Below are positions 9,653 to 17,441 of a stretch of 64,000 bases of DNA, piece by piece. How positions within the stretch are numbered: position 1 is the first letter of the stretch; every line of letters begins with the position of its first letter. The DNA is from Escherichia phage vB_EcoM_G37-3. The notes beneath the pieces were generated by a model that saw only the letters and a list, made by a program, of their open reading frames with translations, was not told where the DNA came from and did no database searches. Where the stretch lies: the sequence record MK327941.1. One strand, given 5' to 3'. A program made the translations under genes and the position numbers.

Positions 9653-10156
9653 TTAAATTAAAGAAAATTTGTAAATCTCTATCAGATCGCCGTTACACGC
9701 GTAAACTTCCTCGATCTCATCAAGGATCATGGTCGTCCCTGTCTTGTATATGCACTCTCGCTCATCTGCCAACATAGCATACAAAGACAGTCGAGTAGTC
9801 GGATTGTCATACTCTTTAGACACCACTCTGTCAATAGCATGTTCGTAATAATTCATGCAAGGCTTGGTAGGTTTTATTGCAATAATCTTTCCTGTTGCAT
9901 AAACATCGGTTGCAAAGTCCTCTGCGGTTGATTGCAGTGGCGTAAAGCTCATAGGACGCTCTACAACGAAAGAATCACCTACAATTAAGGTATCCAGCTT
10001 ACGGCCTTCTCTTTTGCTCACACCGCGATACAAGGCTTCGTGATGCACTAACCGTTCAGTCTTTTCAATCAATCCATTAAGGATCGACATATCGATATTT
10101 TCTTTAGAGTTCATCACTTCATCAATGATGTTAAGTTCTTCTGGTGTAAATTGCAT
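9653..10156 (-). CDS. putative ADP-ribosyltransferase (ModA/ModB-like)
   Basis: R (LYRG), S-x-T (MSFT) and E-x-E (ADEREC) in the order of the R-S-EXE signature; lies at the T4 modA/modB position. Confidence 0.45.
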   Translation of the reverse strand: MQFTPEELNIIDEVMNSKENIDMSILNGLIEKTERLVHHEALYRGVSKREGRKLDTLIVGDSFVVERPMSFTPLQSTAEDFATDVYATGKIIAIKPTKPCMNYYEHAIDRVVSKEYDNPTTRLSLYAMLADERECIYKTGTTMILDEIEEVYACNGDLIEIYKFSLI

Positions 10157-10157
10157 A

Positions 10158-10189
10158 ATAAAAAAGCCTCCAATCTTTCGACGGGAGGC
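10158..10189 (-). terminator. intrinsic terminator hairpin that also contains the downstream RBS
   Basis: Minus strand GCCTCCCGTCGAAAGATTGGAGGC then T6, immediately before ATG at 10156. Confidence 0.5.
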
Positions 10190-10237
10190 ATAATAAAACC
10201 ATTATAGAGTAGTGTCAATCACAAAGTGTATGTGATC

Positions 10238-10245
10238 TATAAATA
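10238..10245 (+). promoter_or_regulatory. T4-type late promoter TATAAATA
   Basis: Exact TATAAATA about 30 nt upstream of plus-strand HNH ATG at 10275. Confidence 0.6.
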
Positions 10246-10274
10246 AGTTTGTTAGACCTAAAGGAGACCACAAA

Positions 10275-11204
10275 ATGAACTATAAACGTATTTATGATAA
10301 CCTGATTGAACGTGCTAAGACTCGAACTATCGACGGATATACAGAAAAGCATCACATCATACCACGTTGTATGAATGGAAGCGATGATGATAGCAATCTA
10401 GTTAGACTCACCCCAGAGGAACATTACATTGCTCACCTTCTGTTAGTTAAGATTTATCCAGATAACAGTAAATTGGTTTATGCTGCAAATATGATGTGCG
10501 TTTCTTCTGATTCACATAATGGAGAAAGACAGTCAAATAAACGTCATGGTTGGTTGCGTAGAAAAATGGCAGAGGCACATAGTAAAAGAATCCGCGATAG
10601 AATGGAGAACGATCCTGAATATAGAGCTAAGGTTTCGGAATGGGCTAGAAAAATGGGTAAAGCTATGAAAGGAGTTAAACGAGGACCGGAATTTAGCAGA
10701 AAGTTGGCAGAAAGAAACAGAAATACCGTGATGAAAGAAGAAACTAAACGTAAAATCGGGGAAGCCAACAAAGGAAGGAAACGTACAGAAGAATATAAAA
10801 GAAAACATAGTGAGCGGTATAAGGGTGAAGGTAATCCGATGTATGGTAAACGAGGAAAGGACCATCCGGCATATGGTACTAAACCGTGGAACAACCAAAC
10901 ATCATTTGTTGAGCAGAAAGCATGGTGGCGTTTCGCTGGCATGTTCTATGACTGGTATCAGAGAGATATTGACCGTGGAACACATAAACGCCACGGCCAT
11001 AAGAGAATGTTAGACGAGTTAGGTTTTGTTGGTTGGCGAGAAAAAGAGCCAGCCGCAGCAAGACGGTCAATTGAGATGTTCGCTAAAGGCTGGAATCCTT
11101 ATGAAGACCAAGAATGGTTAGATTATGTTAATACCCGCTTTCCAAACGACGATAGTTTTCCGCGTTCTTCAACATATACAAGACAAACAGATCTTTCGCA
11201 GTAA
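10275..11204 (+). CDS. HNH homing endonuclease with NUMOD3-like repeats
   Basis: HNH motif EKHHIIPRCMNGSDDDSNLVRLTPEEHYIAH; repeats GNPMYGKRGKDHPAYG; GGAG RBS; only sizeable plus-strand gene in the region. Confidence 0.85.
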   Translation: MNYKRIYDNLIERAKTRTIDGYTEKHHIIPRCMNGSDDDSNLVRLTPEEHYIAHLLLVKIYPDNSKLVYAANMMCVSSDSHNGERQSNKRHGWLRRKMAEAHSKRIRDRMENDPEYRAKVSEWARKMGKAMKGVKRGPEFSRKLAERNRNTVMKEETKRKIGEANKGRKRTEEYKRKHSERYKGEGNPMYGKRGKDHPAYGTKPWNNQTSFVEQKAWWRFAGMFYDWYQRDIDRGTHKRHGHKRMLDELGFVGWREKEPAAARRSIEMFAKGWNPYEDQEWLDYVNTRFPNDDSFPRSSTYTRQTDLSQ

Positions 11205-11646
11205 GCCCCAACGCCAAGAATTTACACATAATGAAATGGAGTTGGTCGACGGCTTCTAGGTATGTTTCCAAACGATCCGCCTCTGATAAATCACTAAAGA
11301 GGCGGTTTCGTGCTTCCATATGATTGGCTTTCCAGTGTTTCCACACCGCGCTAGCGTCTTTCCCGTTAGACATACCACCCAACGCAGTATACAGTTCTCG
11401 TGTTTCATCGTCAAGCGCATTGTCATTAGCTCGAATAAAATCTAAAATCTCTCCACACGTTTTCAATTCGTCAATTTTTGCTACCCACGGACGGTCCTTA
11501 GACACCTGATCCTGCAACGCTTTTTGCATATTCATCATATGCTGGAACGGGTTATCGCCGTTGGCGATAATTTCTTTATATTTTTCTTCTGCAAAATTCA
11601 GAGTTTCCGCATTTACTAAGTGTGCACAAGAATTAAATTCTGACAT
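11128..11646 (-). CDS. 56: dCTP pyrophosphatase gp56 (MazG-like)
   Basis: 172 aa from ATG at 11646 (track start is GTG); size and N-terminus fit T4 gp56. Confidence 0.75.
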   Translation of the reverse strand: MSEFNSCAHLVNAETLNFAEEKYKEIIANGDNPFQHMMNMQKALQDQVSKDRPWVAKIDELKTCGEILDFIRANDNALDDETRELYTALGGMSNGKDASAVWKHWKANHMEARNRLFSDLSEADRLETYLEAVDQLHFIMCKFLALGLTAKDLFVLYMLKNAENYRRLESGY

Positions 11647-11660
11647 ATTCACCTCATTAA

Positions 11661-12689
11661 TTAAAATTTACAATATTTCATAAACCGCATTTTAGCCATC
11701 AGACCTTGTACGGTGTTCTCTTTGATATATTCCATGATCTGGTCGCGTGTAGCGCCCTCGTCCTGAATCATGGCGTTAACGTCTTTAGAATGCCACGGGC
11801 AACGGTCCCACAATACAATCTTTTCCCCTGCATTGATAAACTTTTCCAGTCGGTGCATTGTATCGGCAGACCGTGGTTCCGCATCAAGTACAAACACTCG
11901 CTGGTTTGGGAAAGGGATTTCATCTAATCCCAAAGTACCGCCAGTAATTGCACACCCGTTATCAATAAACAATGAATCGATCGGACCTTCTAAGAAATAC
12001 ACTGGCCTACTCGGATCGGCGCGTTCAAGACCATAGACCTTACTCGCTAACTCATGAGTTTTAATCGTCATATATTTGGTCTTTCCGTAATCCTTTCTCA
12101 ATGCTCGCCCCTGAATGGATTCTATCTTGTTCTCGCGGTTAAAGATAGGAATCACTAAACGCGGTTCAGGTTGTGGATTCTTGAAAGTATCAGCTTTAAT
12201 GTGATTTGCTACCTTTTGCCATTCTCTCGTGAAATACAGAAGATCCCATTTATCGTGGGGAATGCAACGATCACTGACATACTTTATTATAGGATGATTA
12301 GCCGGAAGAGTATCTAACCTCTCGCAGAAAGGCAATGTTTGCACTTTCTTAATCTCCGGCTTTTCTACCTTTTTCAGTGGCTTGAACGTGGTGTTCTTGT
12401 TGTCGCCTTGTTCCTTCCGTCGTTCCATAAGCCATTCCCTGAATAGGTCCGGCTTATATTGTTTAAGAAATTCACCTAACGGCTGATTGTAGTTACAGTT
12501 GAAGCAACCACAACGCAAACTATCCTTATAGGTATAGATACGGAATCGCGCTTGAGTATGATTTTTCTTTGAGTCACCGCAGATCGGACAACTACAGACC
12601 AGCGTAAATGAGCTAGTATGCAACCGTTTAAAATTTCGTTCGCCGTATATGGCTTTTTCCGCTATTTCATAATCTGCGTAGTAAATCAT
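11661..12689 (-). CDS. 61: DNA primase gp61
   Basis: 342 aa; zinc ribbon CPICGDSKKNH...CFNCNY; TOPRIM-like EGPIDSLF; C-terminus aligns with T4 gp61. Confidence 0.9.
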   Translation of the reverse strand: MIYYADYEIAEKAIYGERNFKRLHTSSFTLVCSCPICGDSKKNHTQARFRIYTYKDSLRCGCFNCNYNQPLGEFLKQYKPDLFREWLMERRKEQGDNKNTTFKPLKKVEKPEIKKVQTLPFCERLDTLPANHPIIKYVSDRCIPHDKWDLLYFTREWQKVANHIKADTFKNPQPEPRLVIPIFNRENKIESIQGRALRKDYGKTKYMTIKTHELASKVYGLERADPSRPVYFLEGPIDSLFIDNGCAITGGTLGLDEIPFPNQRVFVLDAEPRSADTMHRLEKFINAGEKIVLWDRCPWHSKDVNAMIQDEGATRDQIMEYIKENTVQGLMAKMRFMKYCKF

Positions 12690-12698
12690 AATAACCTC

Positions 12699-12902
12699 TT
12701 ATAGCTCAAATTTCATGAAAGTTCCTACACTTTCATTTTCATTCTCTCCGTTTTCATCTAAGCCAAATTTGTAGACACTACCATCTGGCGATGTGTAAGA
12801 GAATACACGAAAACGGCCTACCGAATCAAGTTCTGTAAATTCATATTCTTTTCCGGCTTCAAAAAGTGCATATGTGCTTTTAAGACATTTCATCGTAATC
12901 AT
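12699..12902 (-). CDS. hypothetical protein (67 aa)
   Basis: ORF with ATGA start/stop overlap to upstream mini-ORF. Confidence 0.45.
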   Translation of the reverse strand: MITMKCLKSTYALFEAGKEYEFTELDSVGRFRVFSYTSPDGSVYKFGLDENGENENESVGTFMKFEL

Positions 12903-13042
12903 TTAAGCGCCACCGACAACAGAATGAGAACTACACCAACATACATTGTGATCTCGGATAACTTTTCTGTTTTTGTTTTGTGTCCAGATAATCCGAAAAC
13001 AACAACACCGATAATAGCGGACAGCAAGCCAACGATAAACAT
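12899..13042 (-). CDS. small membrane protein (47 aa)
   Basis: Below track cutoff; two hydrophobic segments; ATGA overlap with next gene. Confidence 0.35.
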   Translation of the reverse strand: MFIVGLLSAIIGVVVFGLSGHKTKTEKLSEITMYVGVVLILLSVALK

Positions 13043-13049
13043 GATGATA

Positions 13050-13226
13050 CTAAGCACCGTCTTTCTCCTTTTTGCGTTTTTCTTTACCCGCTACACTAGG
13101 TCCACGATTGGTAATAGATCCGCTCGTTTCACCTGCTGCGATCTTCTCAGGATTGCCGCCAGCATCGCCAGCGGTCATATCTTCTTTGAGTTTATTTTCT
13201 TCAACAAACTGTTTAAATCCAATCAT
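13050..13226 (-). CDS. small protein (58 aa)
   Basis: Below track cutoff; ATGA overlap with stop of 13223..13600. Confidence 0.35.
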   Translation of the reverse strand: MIGFKQFVEENKLKEDMTAGDAGGNPEKIAAGETSGSITNRGPSVAGKEKRKKEKDGA

Positions 13227-13600
13227 AGAATAATCTCTTTCAGTAAGTCAACAATCTGGTCTTTCGTCAGTTTATCCTGATTCTCTACAATCTTGATAAC
13301 ACAAGCATTAACATCTTTTCGAGTCACGCGGGAGATCGTTTTAATACGATGAAACGGTTCGTAGAAATATACTGCTTCATTATAGAGCGCAGCAATTTTT
13401 CGACGCATTTGATCTTTATCTGACAAGAAAACAAGTGCTGTTTTATGACCTTCTACACCCGACACGTTATATAGTTCAGCAACACCCCAGCGACCTTCCG
13501 GTTCAATCATTCCGGCGTGTTTACCGTCGATAAAAATAAGAATATCTCCGTTGAATGCGGTTTTAAATGCTACATCTTCCGGCGTAATCATATTTTTCAT
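13223..13600 (-). CDS. hypothetical protein (125 aa)
   Basis: ATG at 13600 behind AAGGAG RBS. Confidence 0.5.
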   Translation of the reverse strand: MKNMITPEDVAFKTAFNGDILIFIDGKHAGMIEPEGRWGVAELYNVSGVEGHKTALVFLSDKDQMRRKIAALYNEAVYFYEPFHRIKTISRVTRKDVNACVIKIVENQDKLTKDQIVDLLKEIIL

Positions 13601-13630
13601 AATATAGTCTCCTTAGAGTTTCATTATAGA

Positions 13631-14266
13631 TCAAGCGAATGTAGAAAGCAAATGTTTTGTTTCTTTCAGTTGTCGTTCAAGATCTTTGCGTTTCTCTTTA
13701 AGTTGCATTTTAGCATTATTTCGCTGTTTTTCAACATCTTTATCAATACTCTTATTCCAGTTATCAATATCAGAATAAGTTGGCATACCCAATTCTAGAC
13801 CTAATGCGGTTGGATACAGGGTAACAGTCCATAAACCGCTAATCTTCTTAAATAGGTCGGGGTGTAGTGTACTATCTACATCTTCCGGTGTCAACTCTTT
13901 TTCTTCTTTCAGTGGTGGGATCTCGTCATATGGTTCCAGTGCATTTACTTTAATATCAGATACCTCATCAAAGAATCCGCGTACATCCGCAGGAAATACA
14001 CAAGCAATTTCCCAACCGTGATCACGCAGAGAAGTAATATTTTTCACTCCCCCGCCATGTGTGATGATTGATGTGACATTGCCATCAAGGTCCACCGAAT
14101 TTACGAGAAATGGCTTATCGTCTGTCAGATCATTATAAAACTGTGCTTCGGCTGTAGTCATCTCCAGAAACAGATCTCGGATCGGACGACCATCAGGTGC
14201 GTTACCTTCCTTGAGAGTATAAAAGCGACTTACGATCCATTTTGGCGGTAAAGCATTAGCGATCAT
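13631..14266 (-). CDS. hypothetical protein (211 aa)
   Basis: ATG at 14266 behind AGGAG RBS. Confidence 0.55.
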   Translation of the reverse strand: MIANALPPKWIVSRFYTLKEGNAPDGRPIRDLFLEMTTAEAQFYNDLTDDKPFLVNSVDLDGNVTSIITHGGGVKNITSLRDHGWEIACVFPADVRGFFDEVSDIKVNALEPYDEIPPLKEEKELTPEDVDSTLHPDLFKKISGLWTVTLYPTALGLELGMPTYSDIDNWNKSIDKDVEKQRNNAKMQLKEKRKDLERQLKETKHLLSTFA

Positions 14267-14316
14267 GTTATATCTCCTATCAAATCATTCACCAGCGCCC
14301 CGCAGGGCGCATTTTA

Positions 14317-15729
14317 TTAGAAAGTCATGTTATTTGCTAGCTCGTCGAGTTTTTCTCGTTTCTCGGCTTGCTGTGCGCTTTGTGGTTTAACTTGTGCATT
14401 CTCCTGATCTGCGATCTGGTTTGGAACTTCATACCAACGCTGATTTCCTTTTTTCACACCAACGTTAAACCGTGAATAGTAGTTCTTATCGCCGTAACGA
14501 GACTTGATCTGCTTCATGAGTTGGACGCCCATTTTAGCCAGGTCTTCGGTTTCGATAACACCCAACATAAAATCTGCTGTAGCCGGAAGACCTGCTGATT
14601 CAGCGGTATCACTCATGTTAAGGTCTGACGCATCCCAACCCGCGCGGGTAGTCTGTGCCGCAGTCCAACCAACAACATCCCACTTAACAAAAAATCCTCG
14701 CAGTTCTTCCGCAATCGCCTTAACTAGTGTGTAACTATTTTCAGAGTATACACGCAAGCGAGACGATGCGCAAATCCCCAGATAGTCAACAATCACAACA
14801 TCAGGTTTAAACTGTTTCTTGAGTCGCAATTCATTCATTAACGCCTCAAAGTGATTGGAGTTCGCGCCACCAGTCGGATACTGCTTGATCATCAATTTTC
14901 CAACCGGACGATCTCCGATCTTCTTATTCTTAACACGCTTCATACGTGCGGAATATTCCGCAAAAGAAACATTACCATTATCCAATTCATCTAATGTAAT
15001 GTCAAGCAAGTTTGCGTCAATACGTTTGGCTACGACATGCTCTGCCATCTCCATTGAGATATACAATACATCATAACCACATTCCATATAATCCGCAGCA
15101 AGAGAACACAATCCAAGCGATTTACCAACATTTACACCAGCAAGCAACACATTTAGCGTTTTTCTTTCCGCCCCTCCTTTCGTGATTTTATTCAACATCG
15201 GCAGCTTAAACGGGATCTTATTCGCCTTAGTCTGATATAGCAAGAATCGTTTTTCAAAGTCATTAAACCAGTCATGACCTACATCAGAATCAAACGTAAT
15301 TGATAGTGCTTCCTGCATAATCTCAGGAATAGCTCCCTCGCCAGGCAATTTCTTATTCTGTTTCTCTTTTGGTAGTTGTGCGTTCGCCTGAATCTCTAGC
15401 GCCCGTGACATTGCATTATACATGGCACGGTCACGAATAAATTTTTCGGTTTCCTTCATCAACCAATCAAGGTCTTCCGGTGTATTCTCAAGCGAATCAA
15501 GAAGAGTTTTAGCCCCTTCATATGTTGTCTGATTGCCTCTCTCCTTGTCTAAAGCAATCTGTAATGCAGTTGGCGTAGGAATATTGGAATATTCGTCTAC
15601 GTGCTTTTTAATCAGCTTATAAATCAGTTTTTCTTCGTCTTCGGTGAAGTAGTCCGCTTTAAGGTGAGGCCATACATTCGTAAAGAATGCGCCATTGTAA
15701 ATCAACTGTGAAAAGATAGTTTTAATCAT
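14317..15729 (-). CDS. 41: replicative DNA helicase gp41 (DnaB-like)
   Basis: 470 aa; Walker A GVNVGKS; DnaB-family C-terminal RecA fold; at the T4 gene 41 position. Confidence 0.92.
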   Translation of the reverse strand: MIKTIFSQLIYNGAFFTNVWPHLKADYFTEDEEKLIYKLIKKHVDEYSNIPTPTALQIALDKERGNQTTYEGAKTLLDSLENTPEDLDWLMKETEKFIRDRAMYNAMSRALEIQANAQLPKEKQNKKLPGEGAIPEIMQEALSITFDSDVGHDWFNDFEKRFLLYQTKANKIPFKLPMLNKITKGGAERKTLNVLLAGVNVGKSLGLCSLAADYMECGYDVLYISMEMAEHVVAKRIDANLLDITLDELDNGNVSFAEYSARMKRVKNKKIGDRPVGKLMIKQYPTGGANSNHFEALMNELRLKKQFKPDVVIVDYLGICASSRLRVYSENSYTLVKAIAEELRGFFVKWDVVGWTAAQTTRAGWDASDLNMSDTAESAGLPATADFMLGVIETEDLAKMGVQLMKQIKSRYGDKNYYSRFNVGVKKGNQRWYEVPNQIADQENAQVKPQSAQQAEKREKLDELANNMTF

Positions 15730-15731
15730 AC

Positions 15732-16043
15732 TTAGCCCCCAACTACACGCATAACAAAGGTCTTGAGTTTATACCAGAAAGTTTCTTTTTTCAACTTTTC
15801 TTCTGCTTCTTTGATTTGCGCGGTTAACGCCTTAATGACGTGTGGATATACCACATCACGATCTGACGGCGTGGAGTAGTCGACCACAATACCTTTAGTG
15901 TCTGGATCGTATTCAACATTATGAATATAGACAATATGATGCTCTCCCTCTTCATCAACAATTATCAATTCCTGAATAACTGTCTTCATTGCTTCTTGAA
16001 TCAAGCCGTGTGCTTCTTCTAAACTTGTTGGTTTCTTATCCAT
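15732..16043 (-). CDS. hypothetical protein (103 aa) at the T4 gene 40 position
   Basis: ATG at 16043 behind GAGAGGA RBS; assignment by position only. Confidence 0.45.
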   Translation of the reverse strand: MDKKPTSLEEAHGLIQEAMKTVIQELIIVDEEGEHHIVYIHNVEYDPDTKGIVVDYSTPSDRDVVYPHVIKALTAQIKEAEEKLKKETFWYKLKTFVMRVVGG

Positions 16044-16062
16044 AATATAATCCTCTCTAGAT

Positions 16063-16088
16063 ATGAAAAAGGGGCACGTAGCCCCTTT
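16063..16088 (-). terminator. intrinsic terminator after uvsX
   Basis: Minus strand GC hairpin (AAAGGGGC...GCCCCTTT) followed by T-run. Confidence 0.55.
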
Positions 16089-16098
16089 ACTACCATTG

Positions 16099-17169
16099 TT
16101 ATGCTAACATATCTTCGATTTCTTTGTCAACTGCTTCGTCGCTGATCACTTGCCCCAGCTTATAATGATCGTTGATTGCTTCGTTAAACTTATCGTTTGT
16201 CAGAAGTGGTTTCCAGAACTCAATGCTATTGGTTTCTTTAGCACGGAACTTGCGTTCTTCGGTTTCCATCTCTCCGGTCTCGGTATTCAGGATTGAACGA
16301 GAATACCAGCCGTTTGACGGTTTCACTACCCAGCCTAACTCTACAGCCAATTCCAGCAAGCCAGAATAAGGATCGATACCACCGCTAAATGTTACGCTAA
16401 TCGGGAACTTAGATTTTTCTTTAACGGTTCGTGATTTTTCCGCATTCAGGATAAAATCATAACCAGTAATTTCGGTTCCTTCTTTCTGCTGACGACGACC
16501 AATAATGAAAACTTCATTGGCTGAATACATCGCGCCCGTACCGCCGGACATAACGGTCTTACTAAACATTTCTTGCGTTTCGTAAGTGTGGTTAATAGCG
16601 ATGCACGGGATATCATTCATAGTCAGATACGGCGTCACCATACGGAACAAGCCTTTAAGTGCTTTAGCTCGCGTCATATCCTGTGCGGATTTCTCATTAA
16701 TCGCGTCTTCAACTTCTTTTTTACTTGCTAAGTTACCGATTGAGTCAATAAAGATGATCACTTTATCTTCACGGGTAATTTGCTCAAGCTGGTTCATGAT
16801 TTCAAATTTAAGTTCTTCGATGTTCTTGATTGGAACATGCACCACGCGATCAGGATCTACACCCATAGATTCAAGATAAGCGGATGTAATACCGAACTCA
16901 GAATCAAAGAACAAACACGCCGCATCAGGATTCTGTTTCATGTATGCACTAACACAAGTTAATCCCATGTTTGATTTAAAGTGCTTAGACGGACCAGCAA
17001 AGAAAATCAGACCAGATTGAAAGCCTTTTTTAACATCACCCGAAAACGCAATATTCAGCATCGGGATCTTAGTGCGAGTATTTGTTTTTTCGTTAAAGAA
17101 GCTGGATTTAGACAGTACCGCAGTAGTTTTCAGTGTAGAGTTCTTTTTCAGTTTTTCCAGTACAGACAT
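16099..17169 (-). CDS. uvsX: UvsX recombinase (RecA-like)
   Basis: 356 aa; RecA-fold motifs; strong similarity to T4 UvsX. Confidence 0.92.
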   Translation of the reverse strand: MSVLEKLKKNSTLKTTAVLSKSSFFNEKTNTRTKIPMLNIAFSGDVKKGFQSGLIFFAGPSKHFKSNMGLTCVSAYMKQNPDAACLFFDSEFGITSAYLESMGVDPDRVVHVPIKNIEELKFEIMNQLEQITREDKVIIFIDSIGNLASKKEVEDAINEKSAQDMTRAKALKGLFRMVTPYLTMNDIPCIAINHTYETQEMFSKTVMSGGTGAMYSANEVFIIGRRQQKEGTEITGYDFILNAEKSRTVKEKSKFPISVTFSGGIDPYSGLLELAVELGWVVKPSNGWYSRSILNTETGEMETEERKFRAKETNSIEFWKPLLTNDKFNEAINDHYKLGQVISDEAVDKEIEDMLA

Positions 17170-17180
17170 TATTAATACCT

Positions 17181-17369
17181 CTATTCAGTTAATCCGTAAT
17201 ACTTTAATTGCTTCATTGTTATTCGATCTTTGTAGTGCTCTTGAATTAACTTTTTCATCGCATCAACATCGATCGTCACAAATACTTCGTTGCTGTGATT
17301 TCCGTGAACTTTCTTGAAATGCTCTATGCCTTCCTCACGTTCACGTTTAATCTTTTCAATGTCTCTCAT
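17181..17369 (-). CDS. hypothetical protein (62 aa)
   Basis: Internal ATG at 17369 just downstream of an early promoter; track start is GTG. Confidence 0.4.
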   Translation of the reverse strand: MRDIEKIKREREEGIEHFKKVHGNHSNEVFVTIDVDAMKKLIQEHYKDRITMKQLKYYGLTE

Positions 17370-17413
17370 AGTATATTTCTCACGTTGGCGGGTATCGTCA
17401 CACAACACCCGCC

Positions 17414-17441
17414 ATTATACACACTTTATCTTAAATGTCAA
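17414..17441 (-). promoter_or_regulatory. sigma70-like early promoter TTGACA-N16-TATAAT
   Basis: Near-consensus -35 and -10 on minus strand in the gp43 to uvsX intergenic region; approximate. Confidence 0.6.

Noticed and set aside
10533-11070. Minus- and plus-strand ORFs overlapping the plus-strand HNH gene
   Set aside because: Alternative frames or antisense of the HNH endonuclease gene, which has clear motifs; the translations are low-complexity
12924-13280. 118-aa plus-strand ORF in the six-frame track
   Set aside because: It is antisense to two tightly coupled minus-strand mini-ORFs with ATGA overlaps, and has no RBS or promoter context
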